From the IMG/VR virus record IMGVR_UViG_3300042301_002170: a DNA stretch of 64,000 bases; one strand, 5' to 3'. Every line of letters starts with the position of its first letter. The stretch's first letter is position 1. A program made the position numbers and the translations under genes. Below, piece after piece: positions 27,447 to 37,444 of the stretch. Below the pieces are notes generated by a model. That model was given only the letters and a program-made list of their open reading frames with translations. It was not told the DNA's origin and ran no database searches. This DNA comes from a virus.

Positions 27447-28319
27447 ATGAAAAAAATTAAGCATTCGAAATTTAAAAATACTGGATTCATATTTGAACTA
27501 TTAGTAAGACAAATTACTTCGGAAATTATGTCTTCAGATAATTCGGTAGCAGAAAAGATTTTAAAAGAAAACTTTAATTCAAAAAAAGAACTTTCAAAAG
27601 AATTAAAATTATATCAATATCTTAGTAATGAGAAGTATAATTCAGAATCAAAAGCTGAACAATTTATTAATACGATTTGTGAAGCAAGAAAACGATTAGA
27701 TGAAAAAAAACTTACAAAAGAAAAATATAATTTAATTAAACAATTAAAAGAAACTTATAATATTGATGAGTTTATTAAATCATCAGTATCTAATTACAAA
27801 ACACTTGCTTCAATTTACAAAATATTTGAAGTAGTAAGTACAGAAGAACAGTATGACCCAACAGATATTGTTAGTTCTCGTTTCACTATTGCAGAAAATA
27901 TCATTAACACATCTATTCAAAATAAAGATTCTAAAATCAAAAATGCAGTTTTAGAAGAATACAAAAAACAAGATGAAGATTTAAGAGCAATTTCATACAA
28001 ATTTTTAGTAGAAAACTTTAACAAAAAATATAAAAATTTAACAAATGACCAAAAGGGATTATTGAGAGAGTATATCAACAACATCAATAATACAGGTAAG
28101 TTAAATGCATATGTTTCGGAAGAAATTTCTAAATTAGTTGGTGGATTAAAAGAAGTTGGTTCTAAAATTACAGATAAAGTAACTAAGATTAAATTGGCAG
28201 AAACAATTGCTAATATTAGAAAAATAAAATCTGCAAAAAGAGTTAAAGAAGAGCATCTTTCGGCAATGATGATGACTTATGAATTATTAGGTGAATTAAA
28301 GAATAGTTTAAAGAAATAA
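27447..28319 (+). CDS. Conserved head-module hypothetical protein
   Basis: Helical 290-aa ORF (KIKHSKFKNTGFIFELLVRQITSE) directly after the portal gene. Confidence 0.6.
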   Translation: MKKIKHSKFKNTGFIFELLVRQITSEIMSSDNSVAEKILKENFNSKKELSKELKLYQYLSNEKYNSESKAEQFINTICEARKRLDEKKLTKEKYNLIKQLKETYNIDEFIKSSVSNYKTLASIYKIFEVVSTEEQYDPTDIVSSRFTIAENIINTSIQNKDSKIKNAVLEEYKKQDEDLRAISYKFLVENFNKKYKNLTNDQKGLLREYINNINNTGKLNAYVSEEISKLVGGLKEVGSKITDKVTKIKLAETIANIRKIKSAKRVKEEHLSAMMMTYELLGELKNSLKK

Positions 28320-28320
28320 A

Positions 28321-29088
28321 ATGCCAGCACAATCTAAAGCACAACAACGATTTATGGGAATGGTTCATGCAACTCAAAAAGGTGATATGGAAAACCCATC
28401 TCCGGAAGTTGAGAAAGCAGCTAATTCAATGTCTGACAAAGATGCTAAAGATTTTGCATCAACATCTCACGATGGTTTACCTGATAAAATAAAAGAACTA
28501 ATTATTAAAGAAGCAAGAGGTCTTAAAACTATTCACAAAGAATATGGTGAGGTTGTAGACCAAATTCAAAAAGAATTAGAATCATACAAACAATCAAAAG
28601 GAACTCCACAAGAAAAACAATACGTTCAAAAATTAAAACAACTTAACGATAAAAAGAAAGCATTAGCAGCTGAGTTAGACCAAAAAATTAGTGGTATTTA
28701 CAAAGATGCTGAATTGAAAGTTGATGAAATGAATGTTACTGGTAATGTAGATGGATATGGTACTCCATTTGCGTTTGGTAAAGGTGAAGATGAAAAAACT
28801 AAAGGTAAAAGACAAGCCGATTTAACTGGATATACAGTAGTAAAAGAAAACCGTTGGGTAGCATTGAAAAAAGAAGATTCAACACCAACTCAAAAGATAG
28901 GTAGAGGGATGTCAAACATACATAAACAACTTAGAGAAATGGAACAATTTTTAAGTTGGTATGGTAAGATTAAGAATGAAAACGGAGTTTCTAATAAAAA
29001 TTTCTGGAAAAGAACAAATTCTCATATTTATAGTATAAAAGAGAGATTGTTAAAATTAGACCAACAAATTCGTAAAATATCTGAATAA
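28321..29088 (+). CDS. Putative internal head protein, N-terminal DUF3008-like module
   Basis: MPAQSKAQQRFMGMVHA...DFASTSHDGLP; further modules follow IIKE, KVDE and VVKE junctions. Confidence 0.5.
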   Translation: MPAQSKAQQRFMGMVHATQKGDMENPSPEVEKAANSMSDKDAKDFASTSHDGLPDKIKELIIKEARGLKTIHKEYGEVVDQIQKELESYKQSKGTPQEKQYVQKLKQLNDKKKALAAELDQKISGIYKDAELKVDEMNVTGNVDGYGTPFAFGKGEDEKTKGKRQADLTGYTVVKENRWVALKKEDSTPTQKIGRGMSNIHKQLREMEQFLSWYGKIKNENGVSNKNFWKRTNSHIYSIKERLLKLDQQIRKISE

Positions 29089-29699
29089 TGAAATTAAATC
29101 AATTAAAGGAGCTTGTTAGACAAGTTGTAAGAGAGGAGCAAGATTACCAACAACTTTTCAAACATATATTGGATAAATCGGGTAAATCAATTCCATCTAT
29201 GTCTGACGATGACAAGAAGAAATTCTTTAATGCAGTAGATACGGCATACAAAGCAAAATCAGAAGGTAGATTAAGAGGATATAATGAAAACTTACCTGGA
29301 AATCAAGAGAAGTTAGATACTGATAAAGATGGTGAAATTGAAGCAAGTGATTTAGCAAAATTAAGAGCTAGTAAAAACGAATCATTAAAAGAAGAAAATC
29401 CTGGTCTATGGGCAAATATAAGAGCTAAGCAAGATAGAGGTGAAAAACCGGCACATGGTAATTCGGATGCACATAAAGACGCAGTTAAAGCAGCTAAATC
29501 AATAAATAAAGGAGAATCGGTAAACGAAGAAGAAATTAAATGGAATGCAGTTGAAAATGCAATCATTAACTTTCTAAAAATGAATACAAAGATTTTAGAT
29601 AAAAGAGTTAAGGATAGAGATACTGATGGTGTTAAAGGTGGATTACAATCAATAATTGATGGTTTAACTAACGCACAACGTAGTTTAAAATTAAAGTAA
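29088..29699 (+). CDS. Putative internal head protein (EF-hand-like loop module)
   Basis: MKLNQLKELVRQVVRE leader; LDTDKDGEIEASDLAKLR (DxDxDG loop); GLWANIRAK module. Confidence 0.5.
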   Translation: MKLNQLKELVRQVVREEQDYQQLFKHILDKSGKSIPSMSDDDKKKFFNAVDTAYKAKSEGRLRGYNENLPGNQEKLDTDKDGEIEASDLAKLRASKNESLKEENPGLWANIRAKQDRGEKPAHGNSDAHKDAVKAAKSINKGESVNEEEIKWNAVENAIINFLKMNTKILDKRVKDRDTDGVKGGLQSIIDGLTNAQRSLKLK

Positions 29700-30289
29700 T
29701 GAGCAAAGGATTATTGATAGAAACTCATTTGTTTGAAGCAAAGATACAAGAAGAATCTAACGGTACTTTACTTGTTAAAGGTGTTTTGCAAAGAGCGGGT
29801 GCTGAAAATCAAAATGGTAGAAGATACCCTAAAGAAATTCTTGAAAGAGAATGTAAAAAATATCAACAACTTATTAATGAAAGAAGAGCATTGGGTGAAT
29901 TAGACCATCCAGATTCTCCAGTTATTAACTTAAAGAATGTATCACATAACGTTAGAGAAATCTATTGGGAAGGTGATGATGTATGTGGTACGGTTGAAAT
30001 CCTTTCTACACCATCAGGAAACATTCTCAAAGAATTATTAAAGAACAACATCCGTTTAGGTATTTCATCAAGAGGATTGGGTTCAGTAAAAGAATTAAGA
30101 GATGGAACTGTAATGGTTCAAGAAGATTTTGAGTTAGTAGGTTGGGATTTTGTTTCAAACCCATCTACGCATGGAGCATTTATGGCACCTGTAAACGAAT
30201 CTAAACAATGGAAGAAGATTGCAGATGAGTGTGGTAAATGGTGTAAAGCACAAGATTTAATGAGAGAAATATTAATAGAATTAAACTAA
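29699..30289 (+). CDS. gp21: Prohead core protease (T4 gp21-like)
   Basis: NQNGRRYP, ALGELDHP, VSH, LGISSRGLGS, DFVSNPSTHGA. Confidence 0.93.
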   Translation: MSKGLLIETHLFEAKIQEESNGTLLVKGVLQRAGAENQNGRRYPKEILERECKKYQQLINERRALGELDHPDSPVINLKNVSHNVREIYWEGDDVCGTVEILSTPSGNILKELLKNNIRLGISSRGLGSVKELRDGTVMVQEDFELVGWDFVSNPSTHGAFMAPVNESKQWKKIADECGKWCKAQDLMREILIELN

Positions 30290-30296
30290 TACAAAT

Positions 30297-30548
30297 ATGA
30301 AACTAGTAGATTTAGTACCTGGTAAACAAATCAATGTTAAAGAATCTTTAGAAGATTTGGATACCAATTTACCCGTATCAGTTGAAAGATATTTGGATAA
30401 GATGGTTTCTCAAATTAAAGGAATGAGTCTTAGCCGTAAGAAAGAAATGCTTGTACTTGCTAAAGTAATTGAGGCAATGGGAATGGATAAACAAGAATTG
30501 ATGAGATATATCCAAAAAATTAAAAAGAATGATATTTTAGCTAAATAA
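30297..30548 (+). CDS. Small head-module hypothetical protein
   Basis: 83 aa, tight spacing within the head operon; leader MKLVDL...VKE. Confidence 0.55.
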   Translation: MKLVDLVPGKQINVKESLEDLDTNLPVSVERYLDKMVSQIKGMSLSRKKEMLVLAKVIEAMGMDKQELMRYIQKIKKNDILAK

Positions 30549-30549
30549 T

Positions 30550-30984
30550 ATGATACGTTTAAAAGACTTACTTAAAGAATCGGAAGAATTTCAACAACTT
30601 CCAACTGAATTAAAAAGACACTTTTTAGAAATTATTTCTACATATGGACAACATAGAGAAGGAATGACTAGAAAATCTGACATCAGACAAGTTGCAGAAA
30701 CTTTAGGTGGTATTGCTGATGCAGCACAAGAATATACTTTAAGAGAAGGTGGTGATTGGTTTGATAGAGTTACTATTAAACGTAATATGGGTGAGTTAAA
30801 GAAACTACAATCTGCTTTCGAAAAAGAATCATTGGAAGCAAAAGCACAAGAACAAAGATTGGAATCTCTATACGAAGATATGGGACACGTTTTGGGAAGA
30901 TATTTTGAAATTGCAGATGTATCAGAAGATGTAATGAAGAGCAGATTAGGATTGAGAGAGTGCAAATCTTGCAAAACAAAATAA
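30550..30984 (+). CDS. Head-module hypothetical protein
   Basis: 144 aa helical; leader MIRLKDLLKE. Confidence 0.6.
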   Translation: MIRLKDLLKESEEFQQLPTELKRHFLEIISTYGQHREGMTRKSDIRQVAETLGGIADAAQEYTLREGGDWFDRVTIKRNMGELKKLQSAFEKESLEAKAQEQRLESLYEDMGHVLGRYFEIADVSEDVMKSRLGLRECKSCKTK

Positions 30985-31356
30985 ATGGAAGAGTTAGCAT
31001 CATTATTACTACAAAGTAGAACACAAGCTCACTCATTTCATTTAGGTGTTAAAGGAGTTGGAGCACACTCCGCACATAAAGCATTGGCAAAATACTACGA
31101 TTCAATTGGGGATTTAATAGACCCGATTGTTGAAGCATATCAAGGTAAGGAGGGGTTAATACAAATTTCAGGAATTGGAACATTAGATAAAAATAATGAT
31201 ATTAAAAATATTATTAATTATTTTGAAACTCTTTGTAATTTAGTTGCAAAATTAAGAACAAATCCTAAATTACAAGATAGTTGGATACAGAATGATATTG
31301 ATACGGTTGTATCTTTATTATATAAAACTAAGTACAAATTGGTAAATCACCAATAA
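30985..31356 (+). CDS. Ferritin/Dps-like four-helix protein (DUF5856-like)
   Basis: QAHSFHL...AHKALAKYYD.IGDLID..VEAYQG...IQND...LLYKTKYKL. Confidence 0.6.
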   Translation: MEELASLLLQSRTQAHSFHLGVKGVGAHSAHKALAKYYDSIGDLIDPIVEAYQGKEGLIQISGIGTLDKNNDIKNIINYFETLCNLVAKLRTNPKLQDSWIQNDIDTVVSLLYKTKYKLVNHQ

Positions 31357-31382
31357 AATCTACAAATATACAAAAAAATATT

Positions 31383-31412
31383 GAGAATCCCAAATAAATT
31401 TGGGATTTTTCT
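31383..31412 (+). terminator. Intrinsic terminator
   Basis: Hairpin AATCCCAAA-taaa-TTTGGGATT followed by a T-rich run, after the last small head gene. Confidence 0.7.
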
Positions 31413-31433
31413 TTAGTTTTCTAAAAAGTTATA

Positions 31434-31441
31434 TACTTATT
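31434..31441 (+). promoter_or_regulatory. Putative late promoter variant TACTTATT
   Basis: aagttataTACTTATTat just after the terminator, upstream of the scaffold and capsid genes. Confidence 0.45.
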
Positions 31442-31581
31442 ATCAAATATCCCATTCATTATGGGATTACTTTTTATAGTTGATTAATGAATACCCTTCC
31501 TTATAAGGCGTGACCGAACAATCAACAGAATATCATTGGAGTTGTAATCAATAACTTCACAAGTAAATCAAAAAAATATAA

Positions 31582-32913
31582 ATGGCAAACTCAAAATTGT
31601 TAAAAGAAGCAATCGCCGATGCTAAAGCCGTAAAGGAAACTGCATTAGCAAACGCAAAATTAGCTCTTGAAGAAGCATTTACTCCACGCTTACAATCTAT
31701 CTTATCTCAAAAGATGAGAGCAGAAGCTGAAGAAATGGAAGCAGATGATGACCAAGAGGCTACAAATGAAGAATTGGATTCTACTGGTATTGGTTCTAAA
31801 GTTGGAACAGATGCAGCAGAAACACCGGGTTCTCAACCATCATTGTATGCAGATACTGATTTATCAGTAGGTGTTGCAAAAGACGGTGGTAAACCAGAAC
31901 AATCGGGAACTGACTACGAAAAAGTAGCAGACATAAACGAAGAAGATGATTATGACTTCGGTGGTGAAGAAGAAGAAGACCCTAATGCAGGAGAAATAGC
32001 TGAATTAAGAGCTAGATTGGCTGAATTAGAAGGTGGACCAGATGGTGAAGAAGATGAAAATCCTTTTGCAGCTACTGAAGAAGAAGACCCATACGCAATG
32101 GCAGGTGGTGAAGAAGAAGAAAATCCGTTTGGTGAAGAAGAAGACCCATATGCGGGTGAAGAAGAAGGTGAAATGGGATTAGAAGCCATTATCAGAGAAT
32201 TAGAAGCACAATTAGGTGAAGAAGATGGCGAAGAAGAAGCAGGTGAAGAAATTCCAGCAGAAGACCCTAACGCAGCACAAATTGCAGAATTAAGAAGACA
32301 ATTAGCTGAATTAGAAAATGGTGAAGAAGCTCCAGCGGCAGAAGAAGAACCAAAAACGGAATCTAAAAGATTAAGAGAATCACGTAGAAAATTGAGAGAA
32401 GATTATACTGACGGAGCTGAGGCAGGAACTGACCCAGATGGTGAGAAAGTAATCGACTTAGAAGAAATTCTTCGTGAAATGGAAGATGATTTGAAAGATA
32501 AAGTTGAAGAAGGTGAAGAAGAGGATGCGGAAGAATTGAAAGCAGACTTAAACGAAGCTTACAAAACTATCAAATCATTACAAAGAACAATTAACGAAGT
32601 GAACTTATTGAACGCTAAGTTATTATTCGCAAACAAATTATTCAGAGCTCATAACATGACTAACGAACAGAAAGTTAAAGTTATTGAAACTTTGGATAGA
32701 ACAAAATCAGTAAGAGAAGTTAAATTGGTTTACTCTACATTAGCAGAGAATTTCAAATACACTTCATCAAACAGAATTGCTAAGAAATCAATCGCAGAAG
32801 GAATTGCAAGTAAAGTAGTTAAATCTACAAAACCATCAGCTCAGAAGCAAGTGATTTCAGAATCTACTACAATTTCTAATAGATTCAAAAAATTAGCTGG
32901 TATTATTAAATAA
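31582..32913 (+). CDS. Prohead core/scaffolding protein (T4 gp22-like)
   Basis: Highly acidic, coiled-coil rich, directly upstream of the capsid gene; C-terminal MRFKKLAGI-type motif (RFKKLAGIIK); internal repeat DPNAxxIAELRxxLAELE twice. Confidence 0.8.
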   Translation: MANSKLLKEAIADAKAVKETALANAKLALEEAFTPRLQSILSQKMRAEAEEMEADDDQEATNEELDSTGIGSKVGTDAAETPGSQPSLYADTDLSVGVAKDGGKPEQSGTDYEKVADINEEDDYDFGGEEEEDPNAGEIAELRARLAELEGGPDGEEDENPFAATEEEDPYAMAGGEEEENPFGEEEDPYAGEEEGEMGLEAIIRELEAQLGEEDGEEEAGEEIPAEDPNAAQIAELRRQLAELENGEEAPAAEEEPKTESKRLRESRRKLREDYTDGAEAGTDPDGEKVIDLEEILREMEDDLKDKVEEGEEEDAEELKADLNEAYKTIKSLQRTINEVNLLNAKLLFANKLFRAHNMTNEQKVKVIETLDRTKSVREVKLVYSTLAENFKYTSSNRIAKKSIAEGIASKVVKSTKPSAQKQVISESTTISNRFKKLAGIIK

Positions 32914-32933
32914 TAAAAACAATTAAATTCAAA

Positions 32934-34559
32934 ATGAACTTAAAAAAATTAATGACAGGTGCTAACCCACAGAGCGTAATGCTTGAGCAAACTAGAGGTT
33001 TGAAAGGCAAGTGGGAAAAAACAGGATTACTTGAAGGAGTAGGTTCTGAAACAACTAAGCATGGTATGGCAGTAATGTTAGAAAACCAAGCTAAGCAATT
33101 ATTGGACGAGGCAACTCGTACAGGTACATCTTCTGGTTCAGAAGAGTGGGCAGGTGTTGCTCTTCCATTGGTACGTCGTATCTTCGGTTCTATCGCAGCG
33201 AAAGAATTCGTTTCGGTTCAACCAATGAACTTACCATCAGGACTTATTTTCTATATGGATTTCAAATATGGTACTGATACTACAGTAGGTAGACCAGCTT
33301 CTGGTTCTTCTATGTTCGGTAACGGTGGAACTTTTGGTAAAGATTCTTTATCTCCAGATGGTAACAAATTGGGTTCTACTCAAGCTACTGAAGGTGGTCT
33401 TTACGGAGCAGGACGTTTCGGATATACAATCAATGATTCAGACGTTGCAAAATCAGCTACGTTAGCATCTGCATCTTTAGCAAGTATTTCATTTGATTTA
33501 TCTGATTCTACTATTTCTTCATCTTATGCAGCAGGTAAACTTAAAAAATTAACTGTAGCATTACCAGATGATGCAGATTTTAGTGGTGTAAGAGCATTTG
33601 ATTTTGTACAATCAGGTTCTGGATTTACATTATATCCTCAATTTACTGTTAAAGATGGTTCAAACGTAGTATTCGTAGCAGGAGTTACTGCAGAAAGTAC
33701 TTACGCAGGAGCAACTACGGTAGGTGGTACTTTAGCATACCACAAACAACCAACTGACATCTCTAGAGGTGACTTTGAAGATAGAGGAGCTGATTTAGCG
33801 ATTCCAGAAATCGAATTAGAATTGAAATCTGAGCCTATCGTGGCTAAGACTCGTAAATTGAAAGCAATCTGGACTCCAGAATTAGCGCAAGATTTAAATG
33901 CATACCACTCAGTAGATGCAGAAGCTGAATTAACTCAAATGTTATCTGAGTATATCTCATTAGAGATTGACTTAGAAATCTTAGAGATGTTGCAGCAAAA
34001 CGCATTCACAACTGATTACTGGTCTGCAAGAGTTGGATACGATTACAATTCTGGAAACGGAACATTTGCAATCGATGCTAACGCAGCAGCAGCTTCAGCA
34101 TACACAAAATCAACTTGGTATCAAACTTTAGGTATCAAATTGCAAAAAGTATCTAACAAGATTCACCAATTGACTATGAGAGGTGGAGCAAACTTCTTAG
34201 TTGTTTCTCCAAACGTAGCTACAATCTTAGAATCAATGAACGGATTCTCTGCAAACCCTGGTAAAGATGCTTTAACTTTTGCAGCAGGTGTAACTAACAT
34301 CGGTTCTATCTCAAACAGATATGATGTTTACAAAAACCCTTATATGACTGAGAACGTTATCTTATTAGGTTTCAAAGGTTCTAACTTCTTCGAGACAGGT
34401 GCGGTTTACGCTCCATATGTACCGTTGATTATGACTCCATTAGTGTACGACCCAACTAACTTCACTCCAAGACGTGGTGTTATGACTCGTTACGCTAAGA
34501 AAATCGTTAGACCAGAATTCTACGGTAAAATCTTAGTTGAAGGATTAGAGACTCTTTAA
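32934..34559 (+). CDS. gp23: Major capsid protein (T4 gp23-like)
   Basis: VSVQPMNLPSGLIF, AKTRKLKAIWTPELAQDLNAYH..DAEAEL, YAPYVPL, RRGVMTRY. Confidence 0.96.
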   Translation: MNLKKLMTGANPQSVMLEQTRGLKGKWEKTGLLEGVGSETTKHGMAVMLENQAKQLLDEATRTGTSSGSEEWAGVALPLVRRIFGSIAAKEFVSVQPMNLPSGLIFYMDFKYGTDTTVGRPASGSSMFGNGGTFGKDSLSPDGNKLGSTQATEGGLYGAGRFGYTINDSDVAKSATLASASLASISFDLSDSTISSSYAAGKLKKLTVALPDDADFSGVRAFDFVQSGSGFTLYPQFTVKDGSNVVFVAGVTAESTYAGATTVGGTLAYHKQPTDISRGDFEDRGADLAIPEIELELKSEPIVAKTRKLKAIWTPELAQDLNAYHSVDAEAELTQMLSEYISLEIDLEILEMLQQNAFTTDYWSARVGYDYNSGNGTFAIDANAAAASAYTKSTWYQTLGIKLQKVSNKIHQLTMRGGANFLVVSPNVATILESMNGFSANPGKDALTFAAGVTNIGSISNRYDVYKNPYMTENVILLGFKGSNFFETGAVYAPYVPLIMTPLVYDPTNFTPRRGVMTRYAKKIVRPEFYGKILVEGLETL

Positions 34560-34583
34560 TCTTAATCAATTAGAGTAATCATT

Positions 34584-34612
34584 AAGGGAGGACAGAAATG
34601 TTCTCCCTTTTT
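34584..34612 (+). terminator. Intrinsic terminator after the capsid gene
   Basis: AAGGGAGGAC-agaaat-GTTCTCCCTT followed by TTTG. Confidence 0.8.
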
Positions 34613-34647
34613 GTTTTATAGGAATATCAGTTCTTTTTTATTTCTTA

Positions 34648-34655
34648 TATTTATA
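34648..34655 (+). promoter_or_regulatory. Putative late promoter TATTTATA
   Basis: Between the terminator and the neck gene ATG at 34680. Confidence 0.55.
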
Positions 34656-34679
34656 GGTGTAAAACTATAAATTTTCATT

Positions 34680-35876
34680 ATGTCTGTAAACACATACTGG
34701 TCAGGTTCAGTATCTGGCTCATTTATATCGGGTTCATCTACTCCTTTTGGAATTTACGATTCAGATACTGAGTTTAGAATTGATGCACCCAAAACTGCAA
34801 CATGGGTAGCAAAACGATTGGGTTGGCCAATTGTAAATATTGAATTGGATAATGACCAAATATTTACTTGTTTTGAAGAATCTGTTTCAGAGTATTCGGC
34901 ACAAATAAACCAATTTAATCTTCGTAATAACCTTGATATTTTAAGAGGACAACCAAAGGGGAGAGTTGCAAACTTTTCTCAAACACTTGTAGATGGTTCA
35001 TTTTTACCTACTGCAGTTCGTATGGCACAACAATATGGAACTTTGGCAGGAGTTGGAGGTTCAACATCTATTAAGAAAGCATATGTAACTCTAACATCAT
35101 CGGTTCAAATATATGATATAATGGAAGGTGCAACTGATGTAGAATCGGGTCTTTCTTTTGGAGCAATATTTAGTGGTTCATCCACAATTGATGTTACAAG
35201 AGTTTATCACGAAGCAGTTCCTGCAATTACTCGTTTCTTTGACCCATATTCAGTTGGAGCTCAAGGTACATTGAATTTAATGAGTGAGTTAGGATTTGGT
35301 AATTACTCTCCTGCGGCACAATTCTTAATGATGCCTTTATATGAGGATGTTCTAAGAATGCAACATATTGAATTTAATGACCACATTCGTAAATCGGCAC
35401 ATTCATTTAATATAGTAGATAATAAATTAGAAATATTCCCCGTTCCTTCTATAAATCATCCAGAAAGAATATACTTTGAGTATATTAGTAGAGATGAATT
35501 TGAACATGATTCTCAAACAATTCAAGCAGATTCACTTTCGGATTATTCAGATATTCCATACGATTTCATTCAATATTCAAACATAAATGATGTTGGTAAA
35601 CAATGGATTCGTAAGTACACGTTGGCTCTCTCTAAAGAGTTACTAGGGGCAATTAGAGAGAAGTATTCATCTATCCCTATACCTGATGCAGAAATCTCTT
35701 TAGATGGGGCAGCATTGAGAGCAGAGGCACAGGTAGAGAAAGATATGCTAATTACCCAATTAAGAGAAAACTTAGATGAGATGAGTAGAAAGAATGTGAT
35801 GGAAAATAAAGCACATGAATCCACTCACCATCAGGAAATGCTAAGAAAAGTTCCTTTAAGATTATATGTAGGATAA
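34680..35876 (+). CDS. gp13: Neck protein (T4 gp13-like)
   Basis: VAKRLGWPIVNIELDNDQI..CFEE; WIRKYTLALSKELLG.IR.KY; LDGAALRAEA; position after the capsid gene. Confidence 0.8.
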   Translation: MSVNTYWSGSVSGSFISGSSTPFGIYDSDTEFRIDAPKTATWVAKRLGWPIVNIELDNDQIFTCFEESVSEYSAQINQFNLRNNLDILRGQPKGRVANFSQTLVDGSFLPTAVRMAQQYGTLAGVGGSTSIKKAYVTLTSSVQIYDIMEGATDVESGLSFGAIFSGSSTIDVTRVYHEAVPAITRFFDPYSVGAQGTLNLMSELGFGNYSPAAQFLMMPLYEDVLRMQHIEFNDHIRKSAHSFNIVDNKLEIFPVPSINHPERIYFEYISRDEFEHDSQTIQADSLSDYSDIPYDFIQYSNINDVGKQWIRKYTLALSKELLGAIREKYSSIPIPDAEISLDGAALRAEAQVEKDMLITQLRENLDEMSRKNVMENKAHESTHHQEMLRKVPLRLYVG

Positions 35877-35877
35877 T

Positions 35878-36333
35878 ATGCCAAAGTTTTCAATAGGTAG
35901 AGATTTAGATTTTTTTCATAGTATTGCCAGAGAATTGGTAGATACTGTGATAGAAAATACTTTTGTATTGTTTAAAATAGATTTAAATTCTACAACAGTA
36001 AATATTTACGGAGAATCGTTAAACAAAACTTGGCATCCTGGTGTTGAACTATTTGGTTTAGTAGATAAAGACCCGGAAGGAGTTACATATGAGGGATTTG
36101 GTTCTGAAGCCACTCAAACTATGACTTTTAAAGTTGATAGAGAATTGTGTGAAGAACGAAAAGTATATCCGGAAATTGGTGATGTTATATATTACGATGA
36201 TTCTTATTATGAAATTGATAATACAAATGAAATTCAGTTTGTAGCAGGTTCTCCTGATAATAATTGGAGTATTGTAATATCATCATTTGAAGTAAGTAAA
36301 TCGAATCTAAACATAGAAAAAAGAATAGATTAA
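35878..36333 (+). CDS. gp14: Neck/head-closure protein (T4 gp14-like)
   Basis: ARELVDTVI...NIYGES..K; PEIGDVIYY....YEI; synteny after gp13. Confidence 0.7.
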   Translation: MPKFSIGRDLDFFHSIARELVDTVIENTFVLFKIDLNSTTVNIYGESLNKTWHPGVELFGLVDKDPEGVTYEGFGSEATQTMTFKVDRELCEERKVYPEIGDVIYYDDSYYEIDNTNEIQFVAGSPDNNWSIVISSFEVSKSNLNIEKRID

Positions 36334-36334
36334 T

Positions 36335-37444
36335 ATGTCTACTAACCCATTAAAAAAAACAGATAGGATTCTGCAATCAAAATCTACAAAAGGAGACTTA
36401 AAACAAAGTATCTCTCTTTTTGATATAGATTATGCAATGATGTCTTATTTAGAAGATACTGCATTACCTACATTGGATAATAATGGAGTAGCAGTTAAAA
36501 TACCTGTAATTTATGGTAATTCCGAAAGATGGAATGGAGCTAGAAGACAGGGTGTTTTTAGAGATAATAAAGGTAAAATACAATTACCAATAATGATGAT
36601 TCGTAGAACATCTATTGCAAAAGATGACCAAATGCCAATGAACAATAGGCATGTTTCATATCAAGGTATTACAAAATATTCAAAAGATAATAGATACGAT
36701 AGATTTACATTATTGGGTAAAAATGTACAACCTAAATATGAAATTTATAAAATACAAATGCCAGAATATGTTGAATTAAACTATGATTGCATGGTTTGGA
36801 CTTCATATACAGAACATTTGAATTCAGTAATAGAACAATTACAATATACTGGAACATATTGGGGTGATAAGGATAAGTTTAAATTTAGAACATCGTTAGG
36901 TGATTTCAATGTTGTAAACGAAGTAGGAGAAGGAACGGAAAGAATTAACAGAGTTGAATTTAGTTTAACAGTTAAAGCATATTTACTACCTGAAAAATTT
37001 GATGGTGATACTAATATTAAAAAATCATTTTCTACAAAAAGAATTATTGTTGCAACTGAAACGGATGTAACTGCAAATGGTAGATTAGAAGGAATGCTTA
37101 CAACTCCATCTCCATATTATGATAACAAAGATTTAATTGATTTTCTTTCAATAAACAATAGTAAAGTAGTAGATGGGGGAACAAATTCGGCAACATTTGA
37201 AAATGTAAAGTTAATACAAGCACCCCCACAATTAGTATCTGTAATTAGTACTGGATTAACATATGGAGAAAACTCATATGATGTTAAGTTGTATATAAAT
37301 GGTGTAAGATATTATCAAACAACACATTTTACTGTAACATCATATACAAACAACATACTAACATTAGCGTTATCCCCTGGATTTCCAGTAGATAATAATG
37401 ATGAAATTACTATTACAGGTAAATTTATTGAAATTCTTCCATAA
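36335..37444 (+). CDS. gp15: Tail terminator (T4 gp15-like) with C-terminal beta-sandwich extension
   Basis: KIPVIYGNSERW, LPIMMIRR, PEYVELNY..MVWT..EHLNSVIEQL; extra C-terminal KLYINGV...DEITITG domain. Confidence 0.7.
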   Translation: MSTNPLKKTDRILQSKSTKGDLKQSISLFDIDYAMMSYLEDTALPTLDNNGVAVKIPVIYGNSERWNGARRQGVFRDNKGKIQLPIMMIRRTSIAKDDQMPMNNRHVSYQGITKYSKDNRYDRFTLLGKNVQPKYEIYKIQMPEYVELNYDCMVWTSYTEHLNSVIEQLQYTGTYWGDKDKFKFRTSLGDFNVVNEVGEGTERINRVEFSLTVKAYLLPEKFDGDTNIKKSFSTKRIIVATETDVTANGRLEGMLTTPSPYYDNKDLIDFLSINNSKVVDGGTNSATFENVKLIQAPPQLVSVISTGLTYGENSYDVKLYINGVRYYQTTHFTVTSYTNNILTLALSPGFPVDNNDEITITGKFIEILP

